Shown here in pieces: positions 10,389 through 20,542 of a stretch of 64,000 bases of DNA. The translations under genes were made by a program, and so were the position numbers. Source of the DNA: an uncultured archaeon (GTDB lineage Archaea > Nanobdellota > Nanobdellia > Woesearchaeales > CAIVOO01); NCBI GenBank assembly GCA_963845175.1, contig CAWJRI010000015.1, positions 21,316-85,315 of the forward strand. Reading direction: 5' to 3'. The notes below the pieces were generated by a model, which was not told where the DNA came from, made no database searches, and saw nothing but the letters and a program-made list of their open reading frames with translations. Position 1 is the stretch's first letter. Each line of letters starts with the position of its first letter.

Positions 10389-10951
10389 ATGAAAAAATAC
10401 TTGAAATGTTTAACGAGTCAATTGCAGTTAAAGAAGAGACTGCAAAGCTCGCAGGTGAAATAGAAAAATCTGCAAATCTCATAATTGACGCATTCAAGAA
10501 AGGAAAAAAGCTTCTGATATGCGGAAACGGCGGTTCAGCAGCAGATGCCCAGCATTTTGCAGCTGAAATGGTCGGAAGGTACAAAAAAGACAGAAGAGGG
10601 CTTCCGGCAATTGCGCTGACAACAGACACTTCAATCATTACTTCTGTTGGAAATGATTATGGCTTTGATTCGGTTTTTGAAAAGCAGGTTGAGGCGCTTG
10701 GGGAAAAAGGCGATGTTTTATTTTCAATATCTACATCTGGCAACTCGCCGAATGTTTTGAAGGCAATAGAAAAGGCAAAAACCAAAGGCATGAAGACAAT
10801 AGGGCTTAGCGGGAAAAGCGGCGGGAAGATGAAAGGGCTTGGTGACATTGATTTGATTGTTCCATCAGCAAACACGCCGCGCATCCAGGAGTCGCACATA
10901 ACAATAATTCACATAATTTGTGAATTGGTTGAAGGAGGGATGTTCAAATGA
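10385..10951 (+). CDS. gmhA: D-sedoheptulose-7-phosphate isomerase (phosphoheptose isomerase, SIS domain)
   Basis: 188 aa; '[24 protein letters not shown]', '[12 protein letters not shown]', '[13 protein letters not shown]' are near-canonical GmhA motifs. Confidence 0.8.
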   Translation: MNEKILEMFNESIAVKEETAKLAGEIEKSANLIIDAFKKGKKLLICGNGGSAADAQHFAAEMVGRYKKDRRGLPAIALTTDTSIITSVGNDYGFDSVFEKQVEALGEKGDVLFSISTSGNSPNVLKAIEKAKTKGMKTIGLSGKSGGKMKGLGDIDLIVPSANTPRIQESHITIIHIICELVEGGMFK

Positions 10952-11922
10952 ATGAATTGATTGCATTGATTAAGAATTTCAAAAACAAGAAAATTCTTGT
11001 TATAGGTGATGTCATGCTTGACAAATACATCTGGGGCTCTGTCACAAGAATAAGCCCTGAGGCGCCTGTCCAGATAGTTGAGGTGAAAAAGGAAAGCTTT
11101 GTTCCAGGTGGAGCAGCCAACGCAGCAAACAACATTGCTGCACTGGGTGCACAGACTTTTATTATCGGCATTGTTGGGAATGATCAGGCAAAAGAGCAAT
11201 TAGTCCATTCTTTAAGGAAAAATAACATTGAAACAGAGTTTGTGACAGATGCAAAAAGGCCTACGATCCAGAAAGTCAGGGTAATGGGGCAGAACCAGCA
11301 GCTCATGAGAATAGATTATGAAAATAAGGAATTTGTTGAAGAGGATGTCGAAGCAAAGGTTATGGACAAAATTACAAAGCTTTTGAAAATGATTGATGCA
11401 GTTCTTATTTCTGACTACAATAAGGGGTTTATGACGAGAAAAATAACAGAATGGCTGATAAAAAAATGCAATGAAAATAAAAAACCAGTTATTGTAGATA
11501 CAAAATCATTAAATAAGGAATTTTTTAAGAACGCAACATTAATGACTCCGAACCACGATGAGGCAAGCAGGCTTGCGGAAATAGAGGAGAAAACAGAAAA
11601 TGATGCGATAAGAATAGGGAATAAGCTAATGAACGAGCTGAACTGCAATGTCATGATAACAAGAGGGGCAAAGGGAATGCTGCTGTTCACAAAGGAAGGA
11701 AAAATAACAGATATCCCGACAAAGGCGAGGCAGGTTTTTGATGTTACAGGTGCAGGCGACACTGTTTCAGCTGTAATGACATTAGGACTTGCTTCAGGGA
11801 TAAGCTTAAAGGATTCAGCGAAAATTGCTAATTATGCGGCAGGGATTGTCGTAGGAAAAGTGGGAACAGCTACTGCTTCAGTTGATGAGCTGAGCGAGGC
11901 GATGAGCTCGGATAAAGAATGA
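10948..11922 (+). CDS. PfkB-family heptose-7-phosphate kinase (HldE/RfaE domain-I-like)
   Basis: 324 aa; '[29 protein letters not shown]' and C-terminal 'DVTGAGDTV' ribokinase-fold motifs typical of RfaE kinase domain. Confidence 0.7.
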   Translation: MNELIALIKNFKNKKILVIGDVMLDKYIWGSVTRISPEAPVQIVEVKKESFVPGGAANAANNIAALGAQTFIIGIVGNDQAKEQLVHSLRKNNIETEFVTDAKRPTIQKVRVMGQNQQLMRIDYENKEFVEEDVEAKVMDKITKLLKMIDAVLISDYNKGFMTRKITEWLIKKCNENKKPVIVDTKSLNKEFFKNATLMTPNHDEASRLAEIEEKTENDAIRIGNKLMNELNCNVMITRGAKGMLLFTKEGKITDIPTKARQVFDVTGAGDTVSAVMTLGLASGISLKDSAKIANYAAGIVVGKVGTATASVDELSEAMSSDKE

Positions 11923-13004
11923 GAAAGTTTGTTTGTTTCTTGGGAAATCTGTATTTCAAGCTTGCGCGCAGAAGAAATGTTCTGGGGGATGTTAAAAAAA
12001 TTGCAGTGATAAAGACAGGCGCAATAGGAGATGTTTTGATGACAACACCTTTTTTGAGAGTTCTCAGGAAAAGATTTCCAAAAGCAAGGATTGTTTATTA
12101 TGTCGGCTCCTGGGCAAAAGACGTGCTTGTTGGAAACAGGAATTTGGATAAGGTTATTGAATTTGACCAGTCAATGTTCTTCAGGAAAAAAATTTTTAGT
12201 GTTTTGAAGCTGGCTAAAGAAATAAGAAAAGAAAAATATGATTTGTGTTTTAGTCTTGACAAGCATTATCTGTTGAATATTTTTGCTTATTTGTGCAAGA
12301 TACCTCTCCGCGTCGGCTTTGACAGGTATGGTGAGGGGTTTGCAAACACATTGAATGTAAGATACGGCCCTGTGAAGCATGAAATTGACTATTATCTTGA
12401 GCTTGCATACAAAGTTGGCGCAAAAATAACAGAAAACAGGAATCTGGAGATGTTTCTCTCAAAAAAAGATACATTATTTGCAGATGAATTTTTTAGGAAA
12501 AATAAAATCAAAAATGCAGTTGCAGTAGCTCCAGGCGGTGCAAAGAACCCCGGCGAGCCGGTTCATTTTGTAAGAAGGTGGCCGCAGGAGAAGTTTTTGG
12601 AGCTGGTGGAAAAGATAAAAAGCCAAGTAATACTTCTTGGCGGTCCCGGAGATATAGAAGTTGCTGAATTTATACTAAAAAATCTGAAAAAAAATAATGT
12701 TTACAGCTTGGTTGGAAAAACATCGCTGAAAGAGGCAGCTGCTGTGATGAAGAAATGCAGATGCGTTGTCTGCTGCGACTCAGGGCTCATGCATATCGCT
12801 TCTGTAGTTAACAAAAGAATCATTTCAATCTTCGGGCCTACAAATCCTGCTCGAAAGGCGCCATTGCACAAGGAATCTGTTGCAATCTGGAAAGACCAGG
12901 ACATCTACGAAGAGGATTATGAGATTTACGGCACAATGAGGATGTCGAAGAAGAAGTTTTTCAGCAAGGTTTCTGTAAATGATATTTTGAGATTTATAAT
13001 ATGA
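11919..13004 (+). CDS. GT9 family glycosyltransferase (second heptosyltransferase-like)
   Basis: 361 aa; 'IAVIKTGAIGDVLMTTPFLRVLRKRFPKARIVYYV', 'CCDSGLMHIASVVNKRIISIFGPTNP'. Confidence 0.65.
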   Translation: MRKFVCFLGNLYFKLARRRNVLGDVKKIAVIKTGAIGDVLMTTPFLRVLRKRFPKARIVYYVGSWAKDVLVGNRNLDKVIEFDQSMFFRKKIFSVLKLAKEIRKEKYDLCFSLDKHYLLNIFAYLCKIPLRVGFDRYGEGFANTLNVRYGPVKHEIDYYLELAYKVGAKITENRNLEMFLSKKDTLFADEFFRKNKIKNAVAVAPGGAKNPGEPVHFVRRWPQEKFLELVEKIKSQVILLGGPGDIEVAEFILKNLKKNNVYSLVGKTSLKEAAAVMKKCRCVVCCDSGLMHIASVVNKRIISIFGPTNPARKAPLHKESVAIWKDQDIYEEDYEIYGTMRMSKKKFFSKVSVNDILRFII

Positions 13005-13075
13005 TAATTGGTATTATGGCAATAACATAGAAAGCTTTTTAAAGTGTGTAAAATATTATTAAGTGGGGTATTAAT

Positions 13076-14761
13076 TTGACTAGAAAAGAAGATATAACTA
13101 TTAATTTAACTGATTTTAAGAAGATAAAAAAGTACCTAAATCTTGAATTTATTGTTCTTGCAATATTCTTTGTGATTATGATTAAATTCGTATTTGTTTT
13201 TGGTGATGGTTACCTAAATCACGAATCTCCGTATAAATTAGTTGCTGGAGATGCTTTCTGGTTCACACAGACCGCAGACAGCGTCTCTGAAACAGGCGGT
13301 ACAAAATATTGGCCAGCATACGTTGAAAATGGTATTGAAAATGCAAGTTTTGAGAGACCACCTTTCTTATTTTTGTCAATGGCCCAGTTTTCTGATTTTG
13401 TCGGCGCTAAAAATTATGATACATTGATACATTATGCATTATTTTTTATTATTTTAAGCATAATTTCTGTTTATCTGCTATTAAGATTATTTAACAAAAA
13501 CATTGCTTTGTTGTCTCTGCCATTGCTGCTGTTTGCATTCAGGTTTCCATTTAATACAAATATCACTTGGGGAGCGCATATGTCAAATATGAATTTATTT
13601 TTTATAATTATTGGACTAATTATCTTCACATTCATAAAAGAAAAATGGATGTTTATTCTATTTTCAATAATTGCTGTTGCTGGTTTTATGTCGCATGGAA
13701 GGGAGAGTGTTTATCTTGGAGGGGTTATAGTTCTTTATTATATTTATGGATTCATCAAAAAAAGATTTGATATGGAATCTTTTAAGCAAATTCTTTTAAG
13801 CGTACCTTTAAGTCTAGTTTTGATTGGTGCGTATATACCATATTTGTTATCTGTTGGAAAAGATAACATCCATTTGACTTGGAAAACAATCATTTTTACT
13901 GCTCCAAATTATCCTACATCATCAGATTTTGGCATATTTAAATACATTTTAATTCTTGGTGTCGTCATTGGTTTATTGTATTTAATATCAGGTAAATCTA
14001 AAAATAAATTAGAAATTCCTATTTTGTTTAGTTTTGTACTAATTTTTGTATCTTTTAGCAATTATGTATTGGGATATACCCAAGCCTTGCAAATAAAGGT
14101 ATTTTCTCCTTTCTTTTATGCACCTTTATTTGCAGTTGCAATTTATTATTTAATAAGTTTAATAAGTAAGAAAGAAGAAACAAACAAAGTATTATTTCCC
14201 GTAATTGTTGTTATATTAATTTTAATTATGCTAGCATTTTATCTCCCACAGGAAGTTCCTGAATATGCAATGTCAAATCCTTATACATGGGATAGCTTTA
14301 ATTGGATAAAAGAAAATACACCCGAAAATTCAACTTTGGTATTTCTTTATGGAGATAATTTCTATCAAGATACGTTATTTCTTTTAGCGAAAAGGAAAGG
14401 AAATTATGTTATACCTGAAAAATATGTAGATAACGTACAAAAAGGTTTGTTAACTTCTAATTTCGAAATGAAGTTGGAAACCATGACATGGGAATATTAT
14501 ATTAGGAAAGGATTGTTTTATAAATCAATCAAATATAATCAACTATTCAATGGCAGTTTATGTGATTTTGATTATATATATTTTAATAAATTAAGCACAT
14601 ACCCCATACTACAGCAATATACTCTTTTAGTAAGGGATACATTGATTAAAGAAGATAATTTTACATTAGTTTATGAAAATGAGCTTGTAAACATACTTAA
14701 AAACAACAAAGTTGGAAGCAAATGCTTTGAGAATAAGGTACTAACTTATGCAAAAACTTAA
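13076..14761 (+). CDS. Large polytopic membrane protein, possible GT-C glycosyltransferase
   Basis: 561 aa, 10+ TM helices followed by soluble C-domain; located in glycosylation island; no diagnostic motif recognised. Confidence 0.3.
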   Translation: MTRKEDITINLTDFKKIKKYLNLEFIVLAIFFVIMIKFVFVFGDGYLNHESPYKLVAGDAFWFTQTADSVSETGGTKYWPAYVENGIENASFERPPFLFLSMAQFSDFVGAKNYDTLIHYALFFIILSIISVYLLLRLFNKNIALLSLPLLLFAFRFPFNTNITWGAHMSNMNLFFIIIGLIIFTFIKEKWMFILFSIIAVAGFMSHGRESVYLGGVIVLYYIYGFIKKRFDMESFKQILLSVPLSLVLIGAYIPYLLSVGKDNIHLTWKTIIFTAPNYPTSSDFGIFKYILILGVVIGLLYLISGKSKNKLEIPILFSFVLIFVSFSNYVLGYTQALQIKVFSPFFYAPLFAVAIYYLISLISKKEETNKVLFPVIVVILILIMLAFYLPQEVPEYAMSNPYTWDSFNWIKENTPENSTLVFLYGDNFYQDTLFLLAKRKGNYVIPEKYVDNVQKGLLTSNFEMKLETMTWEYYIRKGLFYKSIKYNQLFNGSLCDFDYIYFNKLSTYPILQQYTLLVRDTLIKEDNFTLVYENELVNILKNNKVGSKCFENKVLTYAKT

Positions 14762-15113
14762 CGAGATAATCAAATCAGAGGCAAAAAATATTTTAATATT
14801 TTTAGTGCTGTTCTTCATATTTTGGAAAATAATCTACTATAAAGAATCTGTTTTTGTGATATTGAAATTAACACTTGCGCATTTTTATTTATTCATAATG
14901 CCGGGATATTTACTTATGTTATATTTTTATGAGAAGTTAAATTTTGTTTATCGACTTATATTAGGTATATGCTTAGGATACGCAATACAGAACTTTTTAG
15001 TTTATTACATAAATATATTATTTGATATAAAATTTCAATTGTTTTATAAATATACCCCGATAATTATAATTGTGTTAAGCTTTGTAATAATATATTTTAA
15101 ATTCAAAAAATAA
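14748..15113 (+). CDS. Small membrane protein (3-4 TM), unknown
   Basis: 121 aa hydrophobic ORF overlapping previous gene end. Confidence 0.3.
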   Translation: MQKLNEIIKSEAKNILIFLVLFFIFWKIIYYKESVFVILKLTLAHFYLFIMPGYLLMLYFYEKLNFVYRLILGICLGYAIQNFLVYYINILFDIKFQLFYKYTPIIIIVLSFVIIYFKFKK

Positions 15114-16038
15114 TAAATTTTTTATAAATCAAATTTTTAATTTCATCATTGGTGGCTATTTTATTTTTTTGAATCACTTTTCTCGTTTTCAGCATTTTAG
15201 GCAAACCTGCAATAGCGCTGAACTTTGATTTTAATATCAAAAGCGGCTTGCCTTTTATGAAATACACCAAAACTAATATTAGCTGCGCTGAAACAATCCA
15301 GAATAAATGCCTCAAAAGAAGTCTGATTGGGTAGTTCTTTAAAATTGTCCAAATGTTGTTCCTATGACCATAATAAACTGCAAAATCTGAAATTCCGCCT
15401 GTTGAGCCTCCATGGATGTGATGAACAACTGATTTTGGGGCAGAGGCGCATTTCCAGCCATTAAGCCTTGCCCTGAAGCCCAAGTCCAAATCCTCTGAAT
15501 AGCAGAAAAAGTCTTTGTCAAAGTATTCACCATCCAGTTTGATGTCTTCAAGCATTTCCTTTTTATAAAGTGCAGAAACTCCGCTCGGGCAGAAAAGCCA
15601 TTTCAAATCTTTCTTGTCTTTTATGTCCCAGGCAAGCCCTGATTTCAGGATCATCAGCCCTAAAGTGTCTATTTTTCCATTCATGTAAAGCGTTTTTGGA
15701 GCGATCATACCTATTCTTTTGTTAGAATCTGCAATTTTGACAAGCTCTTCAAGCCAGTTCCTGTCAACAATAGTGTCGTTGTTCAGCAAAACAATATACT
15801 TTCCTTTTGCCTTTCTGATTCCAATATTATTTCCTTCTGCAAAACCATAATTCTTATTATTTTGTATCACTTTGACATTTGGAAAATTCTTTTTGACAAA
15901 TTCCACAGAATCATTTTTGCTTGCGTTGTCAACCATCAATACTTCAAAATTCTTATAGGTTTGCTTGAAGACAGAGCTAAGGCAGTTTTTTAAAAATTTT
16001 TTCCCATTCCAGTTTACAATTATTACTGAAACTTTCAT
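15103..16038 (-). CDS. GT2 family glycosyltransferase (WbbL/rhamnosyltransferase-like)
   Basis: 'VSVIIVNWNGKKFLKNCLSSV', 'VDNASKNDS', 'LLNNDT' GT2 motifs. Confidence 0.7.
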   Translation of the reverse strand: MKVSVIIVNWNGKKFLKNCLSSVFKQTYKNFEVLMVDNASKNDSVEFVKKNFPNVKVIQNNKNYGFAEGNNIGIRKAKGKYIVLLNNDTIVDRNWLEELVKIADSNKRIGMIAPKTLYMNGKIDTLGLMILKSGLAWDIKDKKDLKWLFCPSGVSALYKKEMLEDIKLDGEYFDKDFFCYSEDLDLGFRARLNGWKCASAPKSVVHHIHGGSTGGISDFAVYYGHRNNIWTILKNYPIRLLLRHLFWIVSAQLILVLVYFIKGKPLLILKSKFSAIAGLPKMLKTRKVIQKNKIATNDEIKNLIYKKFIIF

Positions 16039-16613
16039 TTGTATAGTATTGCCTTTATTTCAAGAGCAGGAAAAACTCTTAAAAAACTGTCTTCATAGAC
16101 AGCAGGAAAAAGATTGAACAAAGGCTCTAGAATCCAGTTCCATATTGAAAATCTTTTTCCAAAAATTAGCTTTTTCTTTATTCTTTCAAAATGAAAATCA
16201 AAGTAATACGACATCTCTGAATCTTCAAGGAAGTAATCAAATGTCCTAAATCCGAAAAAATGTCTGTGAGTTGGGTCTGCAAATGCTCCCGAATTAGTGA
16301 AATGAGGAACACGGATAATTAAACAACCTCCTTTCTTAATAATTCTGTGCAATTCTTTCATCACTTTGCTAAGGTCTTCCAGATGCTCCAGTACATGCGA
16401 TGCATATATTTCGTCAAAAGTTCCGCTGCTGAAAGGATACGGAGTTTTATTCAAGTCATGCACAACATCAATTCCCTTCAGCTTTTTGTTGTCAAGATTG
16501 ATATATCCTTCTTTTACATCATTTCCGCAACCAATATTAAGCTTTTTCATGCTTGTTTTTAAAATGTTTTTCTTGCTTCTTCCAGCCTTTCTGGAGTATC
16601 TGGCGCAGCCCAC
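16035..16613 (-). CDS. Class I SAM-dependent methyltransferase (Methyltransf_11-like)
   Basis: 'LNIGCGNDVKEGYINLD' motif I, 'IYASHVLEHL', 'LKKGGCLIIRVP'. Confidence 0.6.
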   Translation of the reverse strand: MGCARYSRKAGRSKKNILKTSMKKLNIGCGNDVKEGYINLDNKKLKGIDVVHDLNKTPYPFSSGTFDEIYASHVLEHLEDLSKVMKELHRIIKKGGCLIIRVPHFTNSGAFADPTHRHFFGFRTFDYFLEDSEMSYYFDFHFERIKKKLIFGKRFSIWNWILEPLFNLFPAVYEDSFLRVFPALEIKAILYK

Positions 16614-17236
16614 TTGACATTTTTAATTGGATAAGCCTGCAATTCACCTTCTTCAGCTAATTTTGGAAATACTTCCTTTTCTAATGATATATATCCTTCT
16701 TTTTTGATATTGTCAAATATTTCTGGTGAGAACATGTAAAATCCTGAATTAATAAAACCTTTTTTATGTTCTCCAGTTTTTTCTTTAAATTCTTTTATTT
16801 TTCCATTTTCGATCACAACACTTCCAGAATCAGATATGTCATTTATTTCTATCACAGCAATTGTTGCAACTGGTTGTTTTTTTTCGTGGCACATAAGAAA
16901 ATCTAAAATATCAAAATCCATCATATTATCTCCATTAAATACTAAAAAATTTTCATTTATATTTGGGATTATGTTTAACCATCCTCCTGTTCCTAATGGT
17001 TCATTTTCAATTAAATACTCACAATTGTATTTTTTTTCTTTAATATGCTCAACAACCTTATTTGCACCATGTCCTAAACTAAGTATAACAGAATTCACTT
17101 TATTTTTTGCAAGAAATTTCATTTGGCGGTCTAATATTGTATAATTTTCTTTTAAGGGAGCAAGTATTTTTGGCAAATAATTTATTGAATCTTTAAGTCT
17201 TGTACCTTTTCCACCAGCTATTATTACTGCTTTCAT
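16559..17236 (-). CDS. Sugar-1-phosphate nucleotidyltransferase (HddC/GDP-heptose or GDP-mannose pyrophosphorylase-like)
   Basis: 'MKAVIIAGGKGTRLKDSINYLPKILAPL' G-x-G-T-R-x motif; 'LGTGGWL'; 225 aa single NTP_transferase domain. Confidence 0.65.
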   Translation of the reverse strand: MKAVIIAGGKGTRLKDSINYLPKILAPLKENYTILDRQMKFLAKNKVNSVILSLGHGANKVVEHIKEKKYNCEYLIENEPLGTGGWLNIIPNINENFLVFNGDNMMDFDILDFLMCHEKKQPVATIAVIEINDISDSGSVVIENGKIKEFKEKTGEHKKGFINSGFYMFSPEIFDNIKKEGYISLEKEVFPKLAEEGELQAYPIKNVKWAAPDTPERLEEARKTF

Positions 17237-17435
17237 TGCTTAAATCTAAATGTATTAGTTTAAATAGTTTTCTCTTAGTAAACAATAATTTAATAATAAC
17301 TGTAGCTTAAATAATAAAAAGGTTTATAAACTAAATTCTACGAAAAAGTAAAAATGAAAATAGGAATAATAATAGATATACTTGAAATGAAAATAATATT
17401 TATTTACTCTACACTACAGCCAAAGATCAGAAATT

Positions 17436-18266
17436 TTAAATAGGAAGCATCTGTTTATTGCTGGGAGGATGCCCTACATACTTGCCATTGATTTTTATTC
17501 CATATTTAGGGGGTCTATAAATCTTTTCAATATTCTTAACGCTAAAATTATTCTTAACCAAATCGCATCTTACAAAAAATGCATTAACGCCTGCATCATC
17601 ACATGCTATAAGAGTGTATCCTTTTGAAGCCCCTAGCTTTTTTAATGCCAATAAACTCGCTCCAAAGTAATTAGTGCCGTCTGGATGAAAATAAGGTTTA
17701 TATTCTATGGTTTTGCTTTCATTAGGAGGAATGCTTGAATTATACTCTATAACTACAACCCTGGGAGAGTAGTGCTTAATTGCTTTCCAAATCCAATAAT
17801 CGTTTGAATCTATATCAATGGAAAGCAAATCAAATTCCATTGGTACATTATATTTATGAAATAGCTTATTGATATTCTCTGCAGTCATAAATTCTTTTTT
17901 TACAATCTTCCCATCACCTTTTCCATCCATCCATAAACAATTCCACTTATTTTTTTTAAGATAGACAGAATTACCTTCATTTGGATCTATTCCAAACTCT
18001 ACACAGAAGTTATTGGTTGTTTTTATTTTATCAAATATTATTTTTATTATGCCATCTTCTCCATTTTGAGAATAAAATGTTTGTTCGAACAAATTAATAT
18101 TTTCAATTTTTTTATTTTTCATTAAAAATCTAAGAAATTCTGCGATAATATTTTTGTAAGAAAAACGAAATAATTTATAAAAGTGGACCGCTTTTATTTT
18201 GTTTTTTTTTGATAATTTTGAATAAATCATCCTCAAGTATTTTTTAATCATAAACGCAACAAACAA
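17436..18266 (-). CDS. Putative methyltransferase (FkbM-family-like)
   Basis: 276 aa; 'YSQNGEDGII...CVEFGIDPNEGNSV' resembles FkbM-type MTases found in glycan clusters; weak. Confidence 0.35.
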   Translation of the reverse strand: MFVAFMIKKYLRMIYSKLSKKNKIKAVHFYKLFRFSYKNIIAEFLRFLMKNKKIENINLFEQTFYSQNGEDGIIKIIFDKIKTTNNFCVEFGIDPNEGNSVYLKKNKWNCLWMDGKGDGKIVKKEFMTAENINKLFHKYNVPMEFDLLSIDIDSNDYWIWKAIKHYSPRVVVIEYNSSIPPNESKTIEYKPYFHPDGTNYFGASLLALKKLGASKGYTLIACDDAGVNAFFVRCDLVKNNFSVKNIEKIYRPPKYGIKINGKYVGHPPSNKQMLPI

Positions 18267-18363
18267 TATTGAGTTTATTAATCTTTCTTAAAACAATGCT
18301 TAGATATCAATTAATGAGAAGAGTTTATATATCTGAGAAACCATCAAATATATAAACCTGAAT

Positions 18364-19566
18364 GTGTCCATAAAGTATAAGAATGATAAAATGAAAACAA
18401 TAATTATGACAACAACAATAAATTGTATAGAAGATATTGATTTAAATAAATTTAAAGATAAAGGACTTGATGGTTGGGCTGTAAGAACTGCGAAACAAAT
18501 ACTTAAGCAAACAAAAAAATATAAAATAGAATGTTGGGCAATAACGACTAAAATAAAAAAACTAATTGAAACTGAGGTGGATGGGGTCAAATACAAATTG
18601 TATCCTTCAATTGGTTTGCCATCAGCTTTTGGAAATAGACAAATCTCAATACCCTTTTTAAAAGATCTTATTGTTAAAATAAAAGAAAAAGATACTTTAC
18701 TCCACTTTCATTCATATCATTGTAATTATTTAAATTATTCAATCCTTTTGTTTTCTAAAAATACTCCCATAATTGCACAACATCACGGATCTACACATCC
18801 ACTAAGCTTAATAAAAAGAAGACCAATATTTACTTTTGCATTTCCTTTATTATTAATCGAAGAATTGATAGAATTTTTTTTATTCAGAAAAATAAAGCAT
18901 TTTTTTGTATTGACAGAAAATGAAAAAAAAGACTTATTACGTTACATCTCTCCAAATAAAATAGAAATACAAACAATGGGGGTTGATTTTAATTCATTTA
19001 AGCCAATAAAGAAAAATATTGCTAAAAAAATATTGAATTTGCCATTAGATAAAAAAATAATATTATATGTTGGCAGATATTTTGAATCAAAGGGAGTAGA
19101 TAAAATTCTAGACGCATTTAAAAAAATAAAGAAAGAAGAAAAAGGTGTTTCATTTATTGTAATAGGGGGTTATAAAAACGATCCTTTATATGGCCGAGTA
19201 AAAAAAGAAGCTACAGCTGAGTTGGGAAAAATAGATATTAAAGAGCTAAAGCAATATTTTAGTGCTGCAGATTGCTATGTTATCTATTGCAATGAAAAAT
19301 GGAGAAAATATGATGGAATGGGTGTAGCGCCAATGGAAGCGCTTGCTTCAGGAACACCAATTGTAAGTACGAACCTAATTCATTGCCCAAAGGAAAGAAA
19401 TTTATTAGGAAAATGTCCAACAAATGAAAAAGAATTAGAAGAAGACATAGTTTATGTTTTGAATTATCCAAACAAATATCTACACTGTAGAGCTATCGCC
19501 AAAAAATATTTTGATTGGAGACCTATAATAAAAAACACCATAAAAGTCTATGATCAATTTTTATGA
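18364..19566 (+). CDS. GT4 family glycosyltransferase
   Basis: 400 aa; C-terminal 'GVAPMEALASGTPIVSTN' E-x7-E-type GT1/GT4 motif. Confidence 0.6.
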   Translation: MSIKYKNDKMKTIIMTTTINCIEDIDLNKFKDKGLDGWAVRTAKQILKQTKKYKIECWAITTKIKKLIETEVDGVKYKLYPSIGLPSAFGNRQISIPFLKDLIVKIKEKDTLLHFHSYHCNYLNYSILLFSKNTPIIAQHHGSTHPLSLIKRRPIFTFAFPLLLIEELIEFFLFRKIKHFFVLTENEKKDLLRYISPNKIEIQTMGVDFNSFKPIKKNIAKKILNLPLDKKIILYVGRYFESKGVDKILDAFKKIKKEEKGVSFIVIGGYKNDPLYGRVKKEATAELGKIDIKELKQYFSAADCYVIYCNEKWRKYDGMGVAPMEALASGTPIVSTNLIHCPKERNLLGKCPTNEKELEEDIVYVLNYPNKYLHCRAIAKKYFDWRPIIKNTIKVYDQFL

Positions 19567-19783
19567 ATTAATTGAGGAAATAAATAAAAATAATGAGGTA
19601 TATAAAGCTTACCAAAATTAATACGTGTTAGTGAAAATTATACAAAAATGAACATTGCATTTTAACTAAGAATTAAACCATTTAGACATGCCCAATGCGA
19701 GGTTTACAACAATTCTAAATCTGACTAAAGCGTTGAAGAGCAGATTAGTAAGATTTAAATACTAATATTAAAGCTAACTAAAT

Positions 19784-20542
19784 ATGGTTATGAAGTTTAA
19801 GGAATTTAAGAAGCTTGTTATTAAGCCAAGGGAGAAGGAAGTATTCCTGGCCTACTATTTTTTTAGAAAGATATCTGTTTTAATCTCCTATTTTATTATA
19901 AGATTTCTTCCTTTTTTAACAAGCAACGACATAACAACCATCTCACTTATTATTTCAATTATTGGTTTATTTTTCTTCTCATTACAATCTAGTTTATTCT
20001 GGATCATTGGCTCTCTAATGTTTATTCTGTTTCATGTTTTGGATTGTGTTGACGGCGAAGTGGCAAGGGGGAAGAATGAATCTTCTTTTGGTGGACTATT
20101 GTATGATGGCTTAATTCATAATTATGTTAATGGATTTTTGTTCTTTTGGATGTCTATTGGTTTATACAAACTTACAAATAATTTATTATTTTTATATCTG
20201 GGCGGTATCGCAACGATTTCCGCTTTGATGATAACAATAATGGAATTGTTCTTAAATAAGTTAAGTGAAGAACGATCTTTCAAAATAATAGATTTTAAAC
20301 TCATGAAAAAAGCAGGTGCAAGCATTAAAACATTCATACTGTCTTTTTTTGGGATTCTGGGATTTTCAGTTGTTTTATTGGTTGTGTCTTTAGCTGATTA
20401 CTCACTAGGAATTTATTATGGAAAGGAGTTTTATTTGGTAAGATTAGTAACATTTATATTGGCTGGATTATTCACAACATTTGTTCATTTGAATTTCCTT
20501 TGGAAATTCATAAGGAGAATATACAAAGGTGAAAAGAAATGA
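19784..20542 (+). CDS. CDP-alcohol phosphatidyltransferase family membrane protein
   Basis: 252 aa, 6 TM; 'DCVDGEVARGKNESSFGGLLYDGLIHN' matches D-G-x2-A-R-x8-G-x3-D-x3-D. Confidence 0.55.
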   Translation: MVMKFKEFKKLVIKPREKEVFLAYYFFRKISVLISYFIIRFLPFLTSNDITTISLIISIIGLFFFSLQSSLFWIIGSLMFILFHVLDCVDGEVARGKNESSFGGLLYDGLIHNYVNGFLFFWMSIGLYKLTNNLLFLYLGGIATISALMITIMELFLNKLSEERSFKIIDFKLMKKAGASIKTFILSFFGILGFSVVLLVVSLADYSLGIYYGKEFYLVRLVTFILAGLFTTFVHLNFLWKFIRRIYKGEKK

